64,000 nt of DNA from Cycas panzhihuaensis. Taxonomy: Eukaryota > Plantae > Cycadophyta. Below are positions 29,101 through 42,669 of the stretch, piece by piece. Numbering within the stretch: the stretch's first letter is position 1; every line of letters starts with the position of its first letter. A program made the translations under genes and the position numbers. The DNA lies in the NCBI GenBank assembly GCA_023213395.1, contig CM041465.1, positions 247,945,741-248,009,740 of the forward strand. The letters run 5' to 3'. A model generated the notes under the pieces. That model saw only the letters and a list, made by a program, of their open reading frames with translations. It ran no database searches and had not been told where the DNA came from.

Positions 29101-29991
29101 CAAGAAAAACTTTGGATCAGAAGCAACATACGGTTCCCTTACCAAATCTAGCATGTTTTTTCTATTTACACACATAGCATAAAGCATCACAAAAGCAACA
29201 GCAACATCAAAGCAAACACAAAAAGTAAGCAAGCATATTTGGTAACTTTCTATTTCAGTTTTTGGTTATTCAGAAATAACTTACATTATTCCTAAAAGGA
29301 ATCTCATACGTACGCTTTATACTGCCAGTTATTAACTTGTACGCACACTCGCCTTGGTTGAAATAGACCATGGTTTGTTGAAGTCCAGGCCTTAAGGGAG
29401 GTGTGAGTTTTCATATTAGGTCTAGTCTTAACCAGAATAGTGGTGGAGGGACAGGTTAGCCATACCTACAGCCTCCAATCAGGGATAATCTTGATAACCA
29501 CCTGAGAAAACTGAAAACCTTAATGCAAGATTAAAATTAACTAAGTCCAATATCCGTCATAGCCATGGGATACGCACATACCATTTGACTCTTCGGATGA
29601 GGGATATAGTTGCTCACCGGTAAACTAGGTGAGGACTGGGACTACTTGGGCTCCATTGTGACTTGGATTTCATCACCAAGTGCAGGTGCGGGTATCGCGA
29701 GTGAAGGCCCTAATCGTATACTAGAAGCCTTAAGCATCAAAACCTCACCTACATTTGGACATACGTTAGAGGTTAGTGGCATGACACATCACTACTCTTT
29801 ACTAGCTCTACATTAGGCCTCATTCTTGTATCATTGCTTATACTCATTTTTTATAGTTATTAAAAAATACTTAATCATTGTTTACTTCTCATCATAATAT
29901 TCATTTTTGCATCCCTGCTGCACCAGGTGTACTAGCCATATGTGTCAGTGGCATATACTTCTATCATCTCTTCTACTTCTTCATCAGCACC

Positions 29992-32900
29992 ATGTCATCT
30001 TAATTTAAGTAGAATGTCAATTGCATATTAAAAGGTAAAGAAATTTGGGATTTGTTATACACTAGAGTTTAAAATAATGCAAAGTATGAAGGCCTTTGGA
30101 GAGCCCACTTGTAGCCTACACCCATCATACCAACAACAGCTACCACACCTGCTTTCAGTGGATCCACACCAATAACTCCTATAGATATTGCAGCCAAACT
30201 ACAATGGGAGATAGATGATGAAAAGATTTGTATAGGAATTATGTTGGTTATTGATCACTCATTGCATAACTTGATTAACGAATAGTAACATGATACAGCA
30301 TGGAAGGTCCTTGAAGTTCTTAAGAATAACTTTGATACCAAGTCAGATTTAGAATTTGTTCATCTTGTTTTGAAAATGAACAAATTAAAAATGCAGAAGG
30401 GATGATCTCATGAGACAATGAATCTCCTTTGACCAATAAAATAGGCAATTGATAAATATTTTAAGACCCAATATATCACTTGGGCATTCTTAATCCAATT
30501 ATGTTTACATGTCCCCGATTATAAAAACTTGCTTGAAAGTCTTCAATTTAGTGGAACATTGAAGACACTCAACTTTGAAGCACTTGCCGAGAAGTCCATA
30601 GAATTTGACAAGACCTTTGATACCAACTTTATAGCCTCTGACTCTCTTCTAGATGTAGCCTTTGAGGTGGAACAAGAAATTTGCTACATAAAAAATTAAG
30701 GTCCCTCTCATGGAAAAGGAAATAACTAAGTAAGAAGAAGAGGAAGAAACATGGGAAATCATCCACAAGGTCAATCAAACCCTTAGTCACAGCCTCGATA
30801 GTCTCAAGGCCAAGGGCCACCTCAACAAAGAGTAAGACAATTGGGCCAAACCATTACTTCTTCAGGGACTGACAATCAAACTATTATGTATGATCAGTGT
30901 AACCGTAAAGGACACTTAGCAAAAGACTGCAGAACCACCAGTTATAAGTTGGCCAAGTTCTAACCAAAACATGGAGCTCATAATGTTGAAGAAATTTGTA
31001 AAGAATCATTTAGTGGTACAGGTTTTGTACAAGCACACCTTCAAAGAATTGAGGAATCTTCAGTATCAAATATCATTGACCAACCAAAGAGATACTTTGA
31101 AGCTCGATGTGGATATATCACTTATAAATTCCCTTCACTAATGCCAAGCCCTATTGGAATTGCAAATAGTGTGGCTTCAATCAAAGGACAGGGGATCATG
31201 GACACATGAGCAACTCAACATATGATGTGTAATCGCAATCTATATCAAACATTTGACTCAAATGTTCAAGGAGTTATTCACATGGTTGATAAATCACAAC
31301 ATCCTGTTGAAGGAATTTGTAACATTTGCCTAAAACTCCCAGGCTTAAAAGATTTTACATTGCTCGATATCTTATACATACCCAATCTCAAACAAAACCT
31401 ACTCTCCTTATCCACACTTGTCTCTCGTGGATTTAATCTGAGTGTAACTATAAATGACTAGACTCTTCAGGTCATTCATCCTCTAACTAATCAAGTAGTC
31501 TTGACTGGACATCTTTCTAACAAACTCTTTCGACTAAATAACTGTAGATCTTCTGAAGCCCATTATGCATAAAGCCCTTGTGCCGATGAAGAATTTACAT
31601 TTAATTCCATCTTGACTCATCCAACGTTGTCACCAGAAGCTCTTTAGCATGCTCGTATAAGCCATGTTCACATTGATAGACTTAGAGATATTTTTAGCAC
31701 TCTTCCAAATCTTTCAAAGTTCTCTTCTAAACCCTTTAAATGTGAAGCTTATATCATTGTCAAATTTTATCGACAACCCTTTTACTAAAAGTCAATGGAA
31801 ATCAAGCTATCCATTACAATTGGTACACTCTGATCTATGCGGACTAATGCCCATTCCTTCACTCAAGGGCAAGTTATATTACATCTCTTTCATTGATGAT
31901 TTCACTAGAAAAGTATAGGTAGCTTTTATACACAAGAAAGATGAAGCCTTTCGTGTATTCAAAGAATTCAAAGCCCGCACTAAAAAAGAGTCAGGTTATC
32001 AACTCAAATGTCTTTGAACTAATAATGGTGGTGAATATACCTCACATGAGTTCGAAAGCTGCCTTTGAGACAATGACATCAAGCATCAAATAATAGTAGC
32101 AGGTACCCCACAGCAAAATAGAGTTATTGAGTGTATGAATTGGACAATCATGAACATGACTCGTGCTATGTTGGTATACAAAAACATACCTGCCTACCTA
32201 TGGGTTGAAGCCATCTAGACAGTTGTTTATTGTATCAATGTCATTAGCCCATTAAAGGAAGGACAATCACCTAAGGAAAAATGGTCAGGACAAGCCCCCA
32301 TTGCTCACTACTTCAAAATTTTTGGCTCTATATACTATGCCCACATTCTAGATGCAGATCGAAATAAACTCCAGCCAAGGGCACTTAAAGGCATCTTTGT
32401 TGGATACCCTATATATAAGAAAGGGTATAAGGTCTTTATACCTTCACAATGAAAAATCATTAATACTAGAGATGTCATTTTTGCAGAAACAGAGGATCAG
32501 TTGCTTAGACTAGACTCTAAAGTACCCTCACGTCGCTATAATAATGTTATCAAGTATAATATTCAGGTTCCAAAATTTAGGGGGGAGGGACAGACATAAA
32601 TTACTCCAAATATTGGAAGCTGACAATAGAGCCTCGGAGGATATAAGTTATGACTCTGAACTGATGAGTGCACATCCAACACCATCCTTTGAAGATAACA
32701 GAGTTGACAAAGGTAAAGCCATTATAGAAGAACCATCCTCTCCACCTTCAATCGATAAAGGCAAAATAATGGTAGAAGGACCATCTTCCTTAGGCACATC
32801 AACATCCTCATCATAAAATGATCATTTCAATGAACAAGATGAGAACCAAGAAGTTGAGGAAATGAGGACCTCATTCCTAACTTGAGGATCTTGAGAAGCC

Positions 32901-34373
32901 CACCAATTCAATAAAGACATACAACTAGATGAGGTGGATAAAACTGGCAGTCGAAGTGCCCATAGAGCAAGGATGTATGAATCATTATATACTGAGCTTA
33001 AATCATCAAAACTGTACTTTACTCTTAATGAAGAGCCTCTAACATACCAAGAAGTTATAAAACATACAGTTTGGAGAAATGCCATGAATGAAGAGTACCA
33101 ATCTCTTATCAAGAATGGTACATGGGAGCTTGTTGATCTACCACTTGGCAGAAAGGTAGTTCAAAATAAATGAGTGTTCAAAAACAAATATAGATCAGAT
33201 GACACCCTTGAAAAACACAAGGCAAGGTTGGTAGCTAAAGGATTTATACAAAGAGAAGGCATCGACTACGCTGAAGTCTTTGCACCTGCAACCAAGTGGC
33301 CTACAATTAGAACTCTTGTGGCCTTGGCTGCTTAAAAGGGTTAGAAAATCCACCAACTCGATATTAATGCAACATTGTTCATCAAGTGCCATAAGGATAA
33401 AGTCACTTATCTCATAATCTTTGTAGATGACATGCTAGTAATGGTTAATAATGAACAGGCAATAAGCCAGCTAAAAAAGGACCTTGATAAAACGTTTGAA
33501 TTGTTTGACCTCAGTTTGATGAAATATTACTTGGGAATTAAAATAACACATAAGAATAAAAAAATTTTCCTCTCCTAAGAAAAATGCATCAACGATCTTT
33601 TAACCAAGTTTTAGTTAGAAGATGCTCGACCAGTAATTGTACCTATGGACCTTAATACCAAACTCTCAGTTAAAGGTGACACTAGGGAAGCAGACGCAAT
33701 ACTCTACAGGAAACTTGTAGGTAGTCTCATCTACACTACTAATAAAAGGCCAGATATTGCACACTCTGTCAGTATTCTTACTTGTTACATGACAAATCCT
33801 AGGCAGAATCATTGGTAGGCAGTAGTGCGAGTGTTGAGATACCTTAAGACGACCAGTAAATATAGTCTGTTATATGAACCTAATTCAGAATTCAAGCTTT
33901 CTGCATACACATACTCAGACATTGCAAGAGATAAAGATACATGAAGATCTACGTCTAGGTATGTAACATTTCTGGGAACAGCACCAATATCATGGAGATC
34001 TAGACGGCAGAAGATAGTTGCAGATTCAATTGTCAAAGTTGAATACATTATTACTTCTAAGACCAGTAAGGAGGTAATATGGCTTAGAAAGTTATTAGAA
34101 ACATTGAATATCACCCAAACAAGTCCTACCGGACTTCATGTAGATAATCAATCACTAATCTTCATGGCAAAAAATCATATATTTCATGATCATACCAAAC
34201 ACATAAGTATGAAAGTCCACAGGATTAGAGAACTTGTTCATGACGGCACAATTCAACTGGAATACTATCCCATAGTAGATTAAGTAGCCAATATCTTCAC
34301 CAAACAACTGCAAAAGGTGAAGTTTGAACAGTTCTGAAGGTAGCTCGGCCTTAGAGCCTCCATCTTTGACTGA
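29992..34373 (+). pseudogene. Copia gag-pol of F, with a deletion in RT
   Basis: Knuckle CNRKGHLAKDC at ~30900; ORFs 31222, 31664 (LVHSDLCG), 32934 (KNGTWELVDLP) and 33375 (IIFVDDML); RNase H to ~34370. Confidence 0.95.
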
Positions 34374-34400
34374 TCAAAGAAGATGGCAATAGGATCATCA

Positions 34401-34558
34401 TACTCTATTCTCTTCGTGAAAATCCCTTGTGGGCACGGAAGAATAAGAGTAAGTCTCTACTCTATCCTATTTGTGAAAACCCCATGTGGGTATGGAAGGA
34501 TAAGGGTTATACTAGTTTTGCAAATTTGGAACCTGTGAAAACCCAAAAAGGGTATAGG
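34401..34558 (+). repeat. Three related hairpins with an A-rich bulge in the 3' UTR of F
   Basis: Core GTG-AAAA(Y)-CCC-loop-GGG-YAY within hairpins 34401-34451, 34459-34507 and 34532-34558. Confidence 0.75.
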
Positions 34559-34689
34559 GGATGACCAAATGATATATGGAGACTCAACAGATTAAGCTGC
34601 ATATTTAAGTTGCTTGGCTATCAGGCTACATCAAAGAGCTACCCTAACCATTTTGATTTATAAAAGTAGCTATAGATCTTAGAAAGTTC

Positions 34690-34722
34690 ATGAGTTTTTA
34701 TTCCCCATTAGGGTTTTCCCAC
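34690..34722 (+). other. Degenerate ENE-like U-rich internal-loop hairpin, 3' UTR of F
   Basis: ATGAG-TTTTTATT-CCC-CATTA-GGG-TTTT-CCCAC. The lower stem is restored by reverting two G>A changes. Confidence 0.55.
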
Positions 34723-37700
34723 AAAAGTGTCATTTAGAATTTCAATGTAATAATGAGACTCAAATGAAGACCTCATCTAATAGATTTTCTCAAAATGACC
34801 TTCCACCATTATGGGGGGGATTGAAAGAGGTTAATGTATCAAGGTCATTTGTGTAGATTAATTATGTAACCTTAGGATATATTGTTAGCATTAGTCTCTT
34901 AATTAAATACACATTATGTATATTTAGATGTAATTTTGGGTTCATGTCATTAAGCGGGAAAATCCTAACCCTAATGCTCACCCTTAATAATAAAAGGTGA
35001 AATCTCAAAGAGGAAGTTATTATTCATTCTTACCTCCAAGCTTGCTCTTATATCTTATTTCATCTATTTTTCATTCTCCATTTCCATTGTGTGCATGTGA
35101 GTGATTTATTCCCTAGATCCATCCTTCCTTCAATAATAACCTGCCAAGATTCATGATAAGGAAATAGAAATAAAAGAATGCTTAGTATAATATTATCATC
35201 ATATATCAAGTTCTATTGCCTTGTGTAAGCATGCCCTTCTCTCTTGCATATAGATAAATAGATATATGTTAGTTAAACATTAGGTGAATATTCAACATCT
35301 AACCAATGTATTAATCTTTTAATCCTTCTTTTAGCTCACTTATATTCATTATTCTTAGAGTTTACATCAATTTTTAACTTAGATTAGACTTGTATCAATT
35401 TTGTATTCAAAAACTTGTCGGTATTGTAGTAAATGCTTCAAGCATTGAGTAAAACATTTATACCTTGTGATATCTCTTTAATCATTTTCAATACGATTTT
35501 TTAGTAGGGATATTTACAAATTTTTTAGGGGGTCACATTTTCCCTGCATGCCCAAAAGGATCATATTTTTACCAAACTTCTTATTCTTAACTTAGTAATT
35601 GAAAACTATTAACTTTATAAGATTTTAGTAGAAATCAAACTTTATAAGATGGCCCCTAGAAAACCCTATCTTTGTTTCCTTATATTGAATGTTCATATTT
35701 GATGCTTCTACACCCTTATTTCCCTCTCTCTCCAAGAAATGCATCCTTTGGGTATGGATTGATTATATATTCACAAATGCATAATAATGTTTTTTTTTTT
35801 TTTGTTCCAATAAATAAATAAATATCAATATGTATTCATAAGAACAATAATGTGATCATTGTAAGATGTGTAAAGCACTGATAAGGATCAATTATACATG
35901 GATTGTCTATGAGGAAATCCATTTAGAAAAAGAGATTGTAAGGATCATTAGAGATGATAAGCACCAATGTAAGGGCACTTGGAATATAGTATATTCCATT
36001 TTATATAGTGATGTAAAGAATGGTCATTGATCATGTAAATCAATGAATATTGAGAGGGAAATGTATAGTGTGCAAAGACCAAGATCAACTAGTTGGAGGC
36101 ATTATGAAGTAACAACAACTTGGAGGCATCTGACAATTTGTGAATAGGATTATCATGTTTTGACACTTCGATGCTAAATCTTTCTAGATGATTTATCAGT
36201 AAGGGCTTTAGTACATTTGCTTATAAGAGAACTTAGAGTACGTTTAATTTAGTTCATTTAAAAAAATAATTATAGCACTAAAAAGAATTAAATCTAATAA
36301 CCATTCATAATAGTTTATAATTTCTTATAGAAATTAATAAAGTATGACCTTTCCTAAAAGCAAAATTTGTTTCTAATAACAACAAATTTTTGAAGTAGGT
36401 CCTACAATTGCTAGTGATGATAAATTTGGAGATATCAATCTCAAATTAAATTGTTGTTTACTACTTATTGGACACGAGATTTGAAGTCAATTTCTATTTT
36501 AAGCTTTGATTTGTTGATCAATATTAATTATAACTATGATTGTTTTGTGCTTATCACTCTTAGATATGTTTTTTTTTTGGATTGCATACAATAGCCTATT
36601 TGTCACTAACTTGTTATCTTGATCGAAGCAATTGCATATACCAAAAAAAAATGCAAGGTATTCAATGCCCCCTATTATGGATTTTATTATGCCATTAGAC
36701 CAGAAAATGGGAAAAGTCCTTATCAATGCCCATACGTCTACAAACAATTAACAACACTTACTATATTCATTGTCCAAGTGCACAACCATGACTTCCACCT
36801 CAATAGAAGTGAAAAAGACAATGAGATAAAAATTTAAGATTGTGACACTAGCCAAGAGATGCAATTCATGAATAAGTTGGCCCATTGATAAATTTAGCAA
36901 TCATAAGTAATCATGAAACTATGGGACTATGAAAATCTTGAAGCGAGTGGTGTTGCTTGCATTCATTAACTGCTTGGCACTTTTTTTATAGTACATCAAT
37001 CTTGAAAGTTAGAAATTACGAGTTTACTTTTCCCCAACATCATATGCAATGTGCTTACCCTATGTGGCCTTGTGCTTTATCCTAGTTAAACTACTTGGGA
37101 GGGCAAGTTGCTTCTTGTTTGTTTCAATCATCCCAACCAGTATCTTAGGGTCCATACCTAATTGAGAAGCATATGAGTAGAGGGCATGTTCTTTATCTTA
37201 CTTTCTTAGAGCATACAACCTTCATGGTCTCAACCTCATGATTATTTTGATGGATTGTATTGGAGGTTTACAACTCACTGTGTATGAAGGAATCATCCTA
37301 ATGCTCCATGAGTATCAATAAATATTGGATCTCCGCTTGTACTTGCTCTACTTTCATGTAAATATGGAAAAGGCAATTAATTGATTTATTAGTAAATCCT
37401 ACTCATAAGATGGAAAAACAAAATTGTTTTTGCATCTCCATAACTAGAAAAAGAAAAAAAACAAAAAGTTCAAAGTGTATGTAAGCTAAATAAGCATAAC
37501 AATCCAAGAGTAATCCATGAACAATGAGGGCAGAATTTCTATTATAATTTGATTTCATATATTATTTGTTTTATTTAAATAATAATTATAAAATTAACAT
37601 ACTCAATAATAATCATTACATCCATCAATAAAATCAACATCCAATCTATGGCGCATAATCAACAACACAACTCTCAATGACCTTTCATCATATTTAGAGA

Positions 37701-37899
37701 TCATATGTCCCAAGAATTACCATGTTACAAATGCAAGCATGATGATCAATAATAATCAGTATAATGTTTATAATACTAAACTCAAACTTATGCACTAACT
37801 TATCCTCATGAATAGAGGCATACAATAATCCCCATGATTGATCTAATTTTCCCATTTTGAAGGAATACTTCAACACAAAATCTTGGTGAAGGATGCACC

Positions 37900-39306
37900 T
37901 AGGAATAAGATTTTTATTAATTCCATACCACATGAACATTATTGGGTGTAATTATAGATGTGTAATTCATACATTGAACATTGTTAAATTATACCTATGG
38001 AAATACACACCTTACATAAAGTAATTAATCATACAAGTGCACATCAAATATAGATATGGTTTATAACCCTACATGGGACAATTTACCTTAATATAAATAG
38101 TTAAGTTGTACCTCTAGAATTAGGTTATAATCTATGGACCAATCTTTGAATTGATACCTACACTAATGTTTCTTACACTCTTTATTCGTGTAATAATATG
38201 AATTCATATCCCATTCTATTAGAGGCGAATCCTAAACAACAAAAGAAGTAATTTGGCTTAGGAAGTTATTAGCTAAAATTGGTTTTGCACAAGAAGTACT
38301 AATGATTATTCTTAATAATCATCAAGGTTTAATTGTTGTGGCAAAGAATTATATTTATCATGCCATATTAAAATTCATCAAGTATACAACATTTTTTTAG
38401 AGAGAAAGTTGAGTCAAATGATATTAATCTTATTTTTTATAATACAAATCACATTCTCACTAAGGGAGTTACTAATAAAAGGCATCAATTGGAAAGAAAT
38501 TCTATGGGATTCATTCAAATCACTTCATATGCCAAAATCTGATTTAATCTCTTACTAAGTGGGAGTGTTGCAAGGTAGCAATAGATTGAGTCTCAACTTG
38601 ATTACAATTGAATTACAGTCTATCATAACCATTTGCAACATATATCATAATTATGGTCACAATCATTTGTAGAATATATTACAATTATGGTCACAACTAT
38701 TTGCAACATCTTCCATAGTCTTGTTCACAACTAATTGCAATGTATGATGCAACAATGATCGTAGTTGTTTATAGTATTTGTTGTCGTGGTGTCATGATTA
38801 TTTGCAACACTTGTTGTAGCTTTGGTCACCACTAAATCATAGCATATTGTAGTGGAATCACTTTATTGCACCCTATTGTAGTTGAGTATAAATTTTTGTA
38901 GTCCAAATTGTAGTTGTGACAATGAAATCATAGTTATACTATAACATGTCATAGCCCTACTATAACTAGTAATATAAAATAGTTTTTTATATTATTATTT
39001 ATAATTGAATTAAAGGCAATAGTAATAATTATAAATCTTGTTTGCAATATTGAGTCATAATTATAGATGGTATTTGGGTCATCACTTTTAGCAATGTTAG
39101 GCAAATCTGTAGGAACTTTTAGTTGCTTTTGTAGTTATTACTATAAGCAAATCCTAAGTTATAACTATAAACAATTTCAAGACTGTAATAAGAAGTAACT
39201 CTTGAATTATTACTGAAGGTAGTTTTGATATTATAGTAGTAAGTAGTTCTTAGTATCTGTTCACTATGTATAGTGTGTATATAGTGAACAATCATAGTTA
39301 CTGACA
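37900..39306 (+). mobile_element. Copia 3' remnant (RNase H tail, PPT, 3' LTR ~38566-39306)
   Basis: WLRKLLAKIG...NNHQGLIVVAKNYIYHA at ~38255-38365; AAGTGGGAG followed by TGTTG at 38566. Boundaries are approximate. Confidence 0.75.
38631..38833. repeat. Degenerate ~34-bp tandem repeat (about 6 units) in an LTR
   Basis: ATTTGCAAC-like unit starts at 38631, 38665, 38699, 38733, 38767 and 38800. Confidence 0.75.
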
Positions 39307-39975
39307 ATAGTTAATATATGGCATATTGTTATGCAAAAGAAAAGAGATGGCAAAATTATAATTACAACTATAAGAATAAAAACTTACCATTCCACTCTTC
39401 TTTTCATGGGAACGACATTGTTCCACTTGTTTGGTACTATCACATGCCAAATCAAAAAGAGAATAAGAAAAATGAAAAAAAAAAAAAAAAGGGAAAATAA
39501 GGGAAGTAAGATCTCACTTTTAGCACTTTACATCTAAATGCCACAATACATCCTACTAGTCTTATTAATTGGTCATCAAAAGAAAAGAGACTTGTCCAAA
39601 TGAAGTTGGCAAAAATAGAATAAAGCCAACACTTAATAATGATTGTTAATTGAAAGTTTGCGATGTCATTTATTCTCGCTTAAACCCACTCATATGAAAT
39701 AGTCACCCAAACACTAGCATATATAAGTAATGATGATTTGCATTAGCCACGTGCAAGGTCTATGCCTATCTATACACATTGGCATTAGTGTTGATCTTCA
39801 TTTGTCTACATATGCCTATGTCCGTCATTAGCATGGATATATGGATATATGCATCTACCACTAGTGTTAGTCTACATATAGTTGCATAAATATTTAATCC
39901 TTTTACTAGAGGCATTAGGTGGGTCATACCCTTGTTAGGTGAGGAAGTGATGTAAACATGTTCATTGACAGTAAT

Positions 39976-39977
<2 letters not shown>

Positions 39978-40060
<83 letters not shown>
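39978..40060. repeat. Compound (CT)n(AT)n microsatellite
   Basis: Read directly. The homologous site in X copy 1 (~11235-11264) has only (AT)n. Confidence 0.95.
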
Positions 40061-40062
<2 letters not shown>

Positions 40063-41453
40063 CCAAATAATCAAAAGTGTCATATTCTCTTATGAAAAAT
40101 AGGATACCTTTTTTTTTCCTTTAAGAGTAGGGAATAGTTTTTTTTAAAGTATGTTCTCTCTTCTTAATATAGTATACTATTATAAGTACACTATAGTAAT
40201 AATAAATATATTATATAATACATAAGTATATACATTACCATTATAATAATAGATAAATTATAATAAAATTTATCTAAGTACATTGTTATAATATCATACT
40301 ACTACCTAGAGTACAACTAGATATATTATTTTTTAATGCCATACATCACAATTTGTTAGTAATGATTTTTTCTCAAATAAATAGCATTTGTGCCTTATTA
40401 TTTCCTTACTATTATACTACAAATTATAATATAAATATATATTGTTATTAATAATTTATATATACTACTTCTACAAACTTAAGAGGAGTAGTAAGCCTAC
40501 ATTCATTTTCATAATCTACTATTAGCATTACTGCTACCACCATTTCCTTCATCTCCCACCAATTGTACTAACAACCTTGATTATTTTATTAAGTCCTTAA
40601 TATAACATCCACTTATATAGGGAAAAAAATTAAAAAATATTAAATCAAGAAGCTTATCAATGGGGTCATGGAAAAGTATTACATAAAATAGACTCTAGGC
40701 CATAATAATTTTGACATAACATATAGTTAGCAATATACTCACTTAATGGAGACATAAACTCCAATGAGTGGCTAACAAAGATAAAAAACTCCTTTGAAAT
40801 ACTTTCCATTTTCAATGCCCCCAATCAAGTCACATTCGTTATTAAGCACTTATCAAACCAATATACTTTTAGGTTATAGGGTGGAAATTAAAACACCCTA
40901 GGATTGTACTTTTCAAGAAATATAAAGATGCCTTTAAAGAGAAGATTAAAGAGTACTAGAGTGGTCCATACTATATTAAACTTGGCCCATGCTTTCAATT
41001 CTTTAAATACAATATGTTAGTATGATAGCATACAAAAGCATTTGAGAAACTATAAAGCAAAGTAGGTGTCAAATTCAAGGATACCTATAATTTAATATAA
41101 GCAACCTATATGTTAAAATATGTGAGGATATATGATGTTCTAATCTAGTTGACCTAAAAAATGTTATCCTCCTAACACTCCTAATTAAGTGCAAACTACT
41201 TATTGAATAAGCTAAGCAAGTTGTAAACCATGAAAATATTATTTTTGTATAATTGAATAGTAAAAAAGTAGTATATCAATCTATTAATCATTCATCCACC
41301 TAGTCCTCAACATTTAATAAACCAATAAAGAAAAGAGATGATGGCTCAATACATAAAGTAGTAAAAGATGTTCATGATATTACAAATGAAGCTTTTGAAA
41401 ATAATATTAATGAAATCAAAGTGTAGGATAACACAAATAAAATATCTATAACT

Positions 41454-41812
41454 TGAAGAGAAAATATAACCGTAGAAGCAATGTGATAATAGAACTCTAA
41501 ACTATGCAAAAAATAAATAATATAAACAAATCAAGCGCTCAACAAAGAACACCAGTAAATTCAGGTCTAAGCATAGACCTTTTATTAATCTGAGAAACAG
41601 CTAAAGAATTACAAAGATGAATGAACCCCAACTCTTCTCCTTGACTCATCCATGACCATATCATGTTACATGTGCTATTACATAAGAATATATAGACACA
41701 ACATTACAAGATATCGCTTTGCAATTTTATAATACAATAGGCATAAACCATGAGACTCGGGTGTAATGTCTATACCCATGTAACACTTGTAAAGTGTTCA
41801 ACATATCTAACA
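41454..41812 (-). mobile_element. Solo LTR, family S copy 2
   Basis: TG...CA termini, TSD TAACT/TAATT. The empty site with a single TAACT is visible in X copy 1 at ~13032. Confidence 0.9.
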
Positions 41813-42185
41813 TAATTAAAGATGATAAAATCCCAACACCTTTGTGAGATGATGATGTATCAAATTACAATCAAAAGATTAAAATATATATATTAGAAAA
41901 CTTATTAGTATAAGTCATAATGACCTTGTTCCTTGAGTAATCTAAGTAAGCCCTAAAAACTAATATTAAATATTATAATTCAAAATAATGCCAACACAAA
42001 ATAATACTAATAGTAATTCATCATGAAGATATATATAAGGAACTTATGGGTAATAATTATATACAATCAAGCATATGTATATAATATGAAATTAGAGTTG
42101 TATAGAAGATTCCTTAGTGACATACTTTGAATAATAAACATGACAAAAAAACATTTAAACAATATTAAAGGCAACATCTACCAAG

Positions 42186-42669
42186 TGTTAAAATATTGAG
42201 TTTCACCATATTCAATGTAGTATTTAATTTAATGATTGACATATGATTGGTCGATGTGAAGGTTCTCATATATGATTTATATGGTTAATATATTAGTACA
42301 ATGCCATTGATTGATAATAAAATAACATAAATATATAAGGGCATGTGTTTTGTAAGATAAATAAGATCAACTAGTCCTCCCTATGAGGTTAGATAACTCA
42401 AAATAATTTTTAATATGAGATCCCATACATGATTTTGGAGGTGATTTTTCTTATTCATGAGTTTTTCATATTAAATATTGTGTCACATTTATGGTTACAT
42501 AATTGACTCTTTGATTACCCTTATTATCACTCATATTATTGAGTGTTTATATGATTATTAGTATTTCTATTCATTGATGAATACATTAATTATTGATACA
42601 TGTCCTACTTATACACATTTGTTAATGTGGTATCAAAACAAATCAAATTTTCTACTCTAAGAAATATGT
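42186..42669 (+). mobile_element. One-ended insertion: 5' LTR, PBS and ~35 bp
   Basis: Starts TGTTAAAA; TGGTATCA at ~42628; ENE-like motif at 42441-42469. Absent from X copy 1. Confidence 0.75.

Larger units (their letters stand above)
27908..35132 (+). mobile_element. Full-length degenerate Ty1/copia element F
   Basis: 311-bp LTRs at 27908-28218 and 34822-35132. Perfect TSD ATAAT. PBS TGGTATCAGAG at 28221; PPT GGGGGGGA at 34813. Confidence 0.96.

Noticed and set aside
32655-32700. CTGATGA hammerhead/retrozyme core (also ~45457, ~61886)
   Set aside because: These lie in pol/gag coding sequence with no matching GAAA core or helices.
36499-36850. Possible Harbinger transposase (IIGGIE resembling IGAID)
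   Set aside because: Motif spacing does not fit and no downstream catalytic motifs are visible. The region 35140-37900 is left unassigned.
38631-38833. CRISPR-like array
   Set aside because: Contiguous degenerate tandem units with no repeat-spacer structure, in a eukaryotic LTR with no cas genes.
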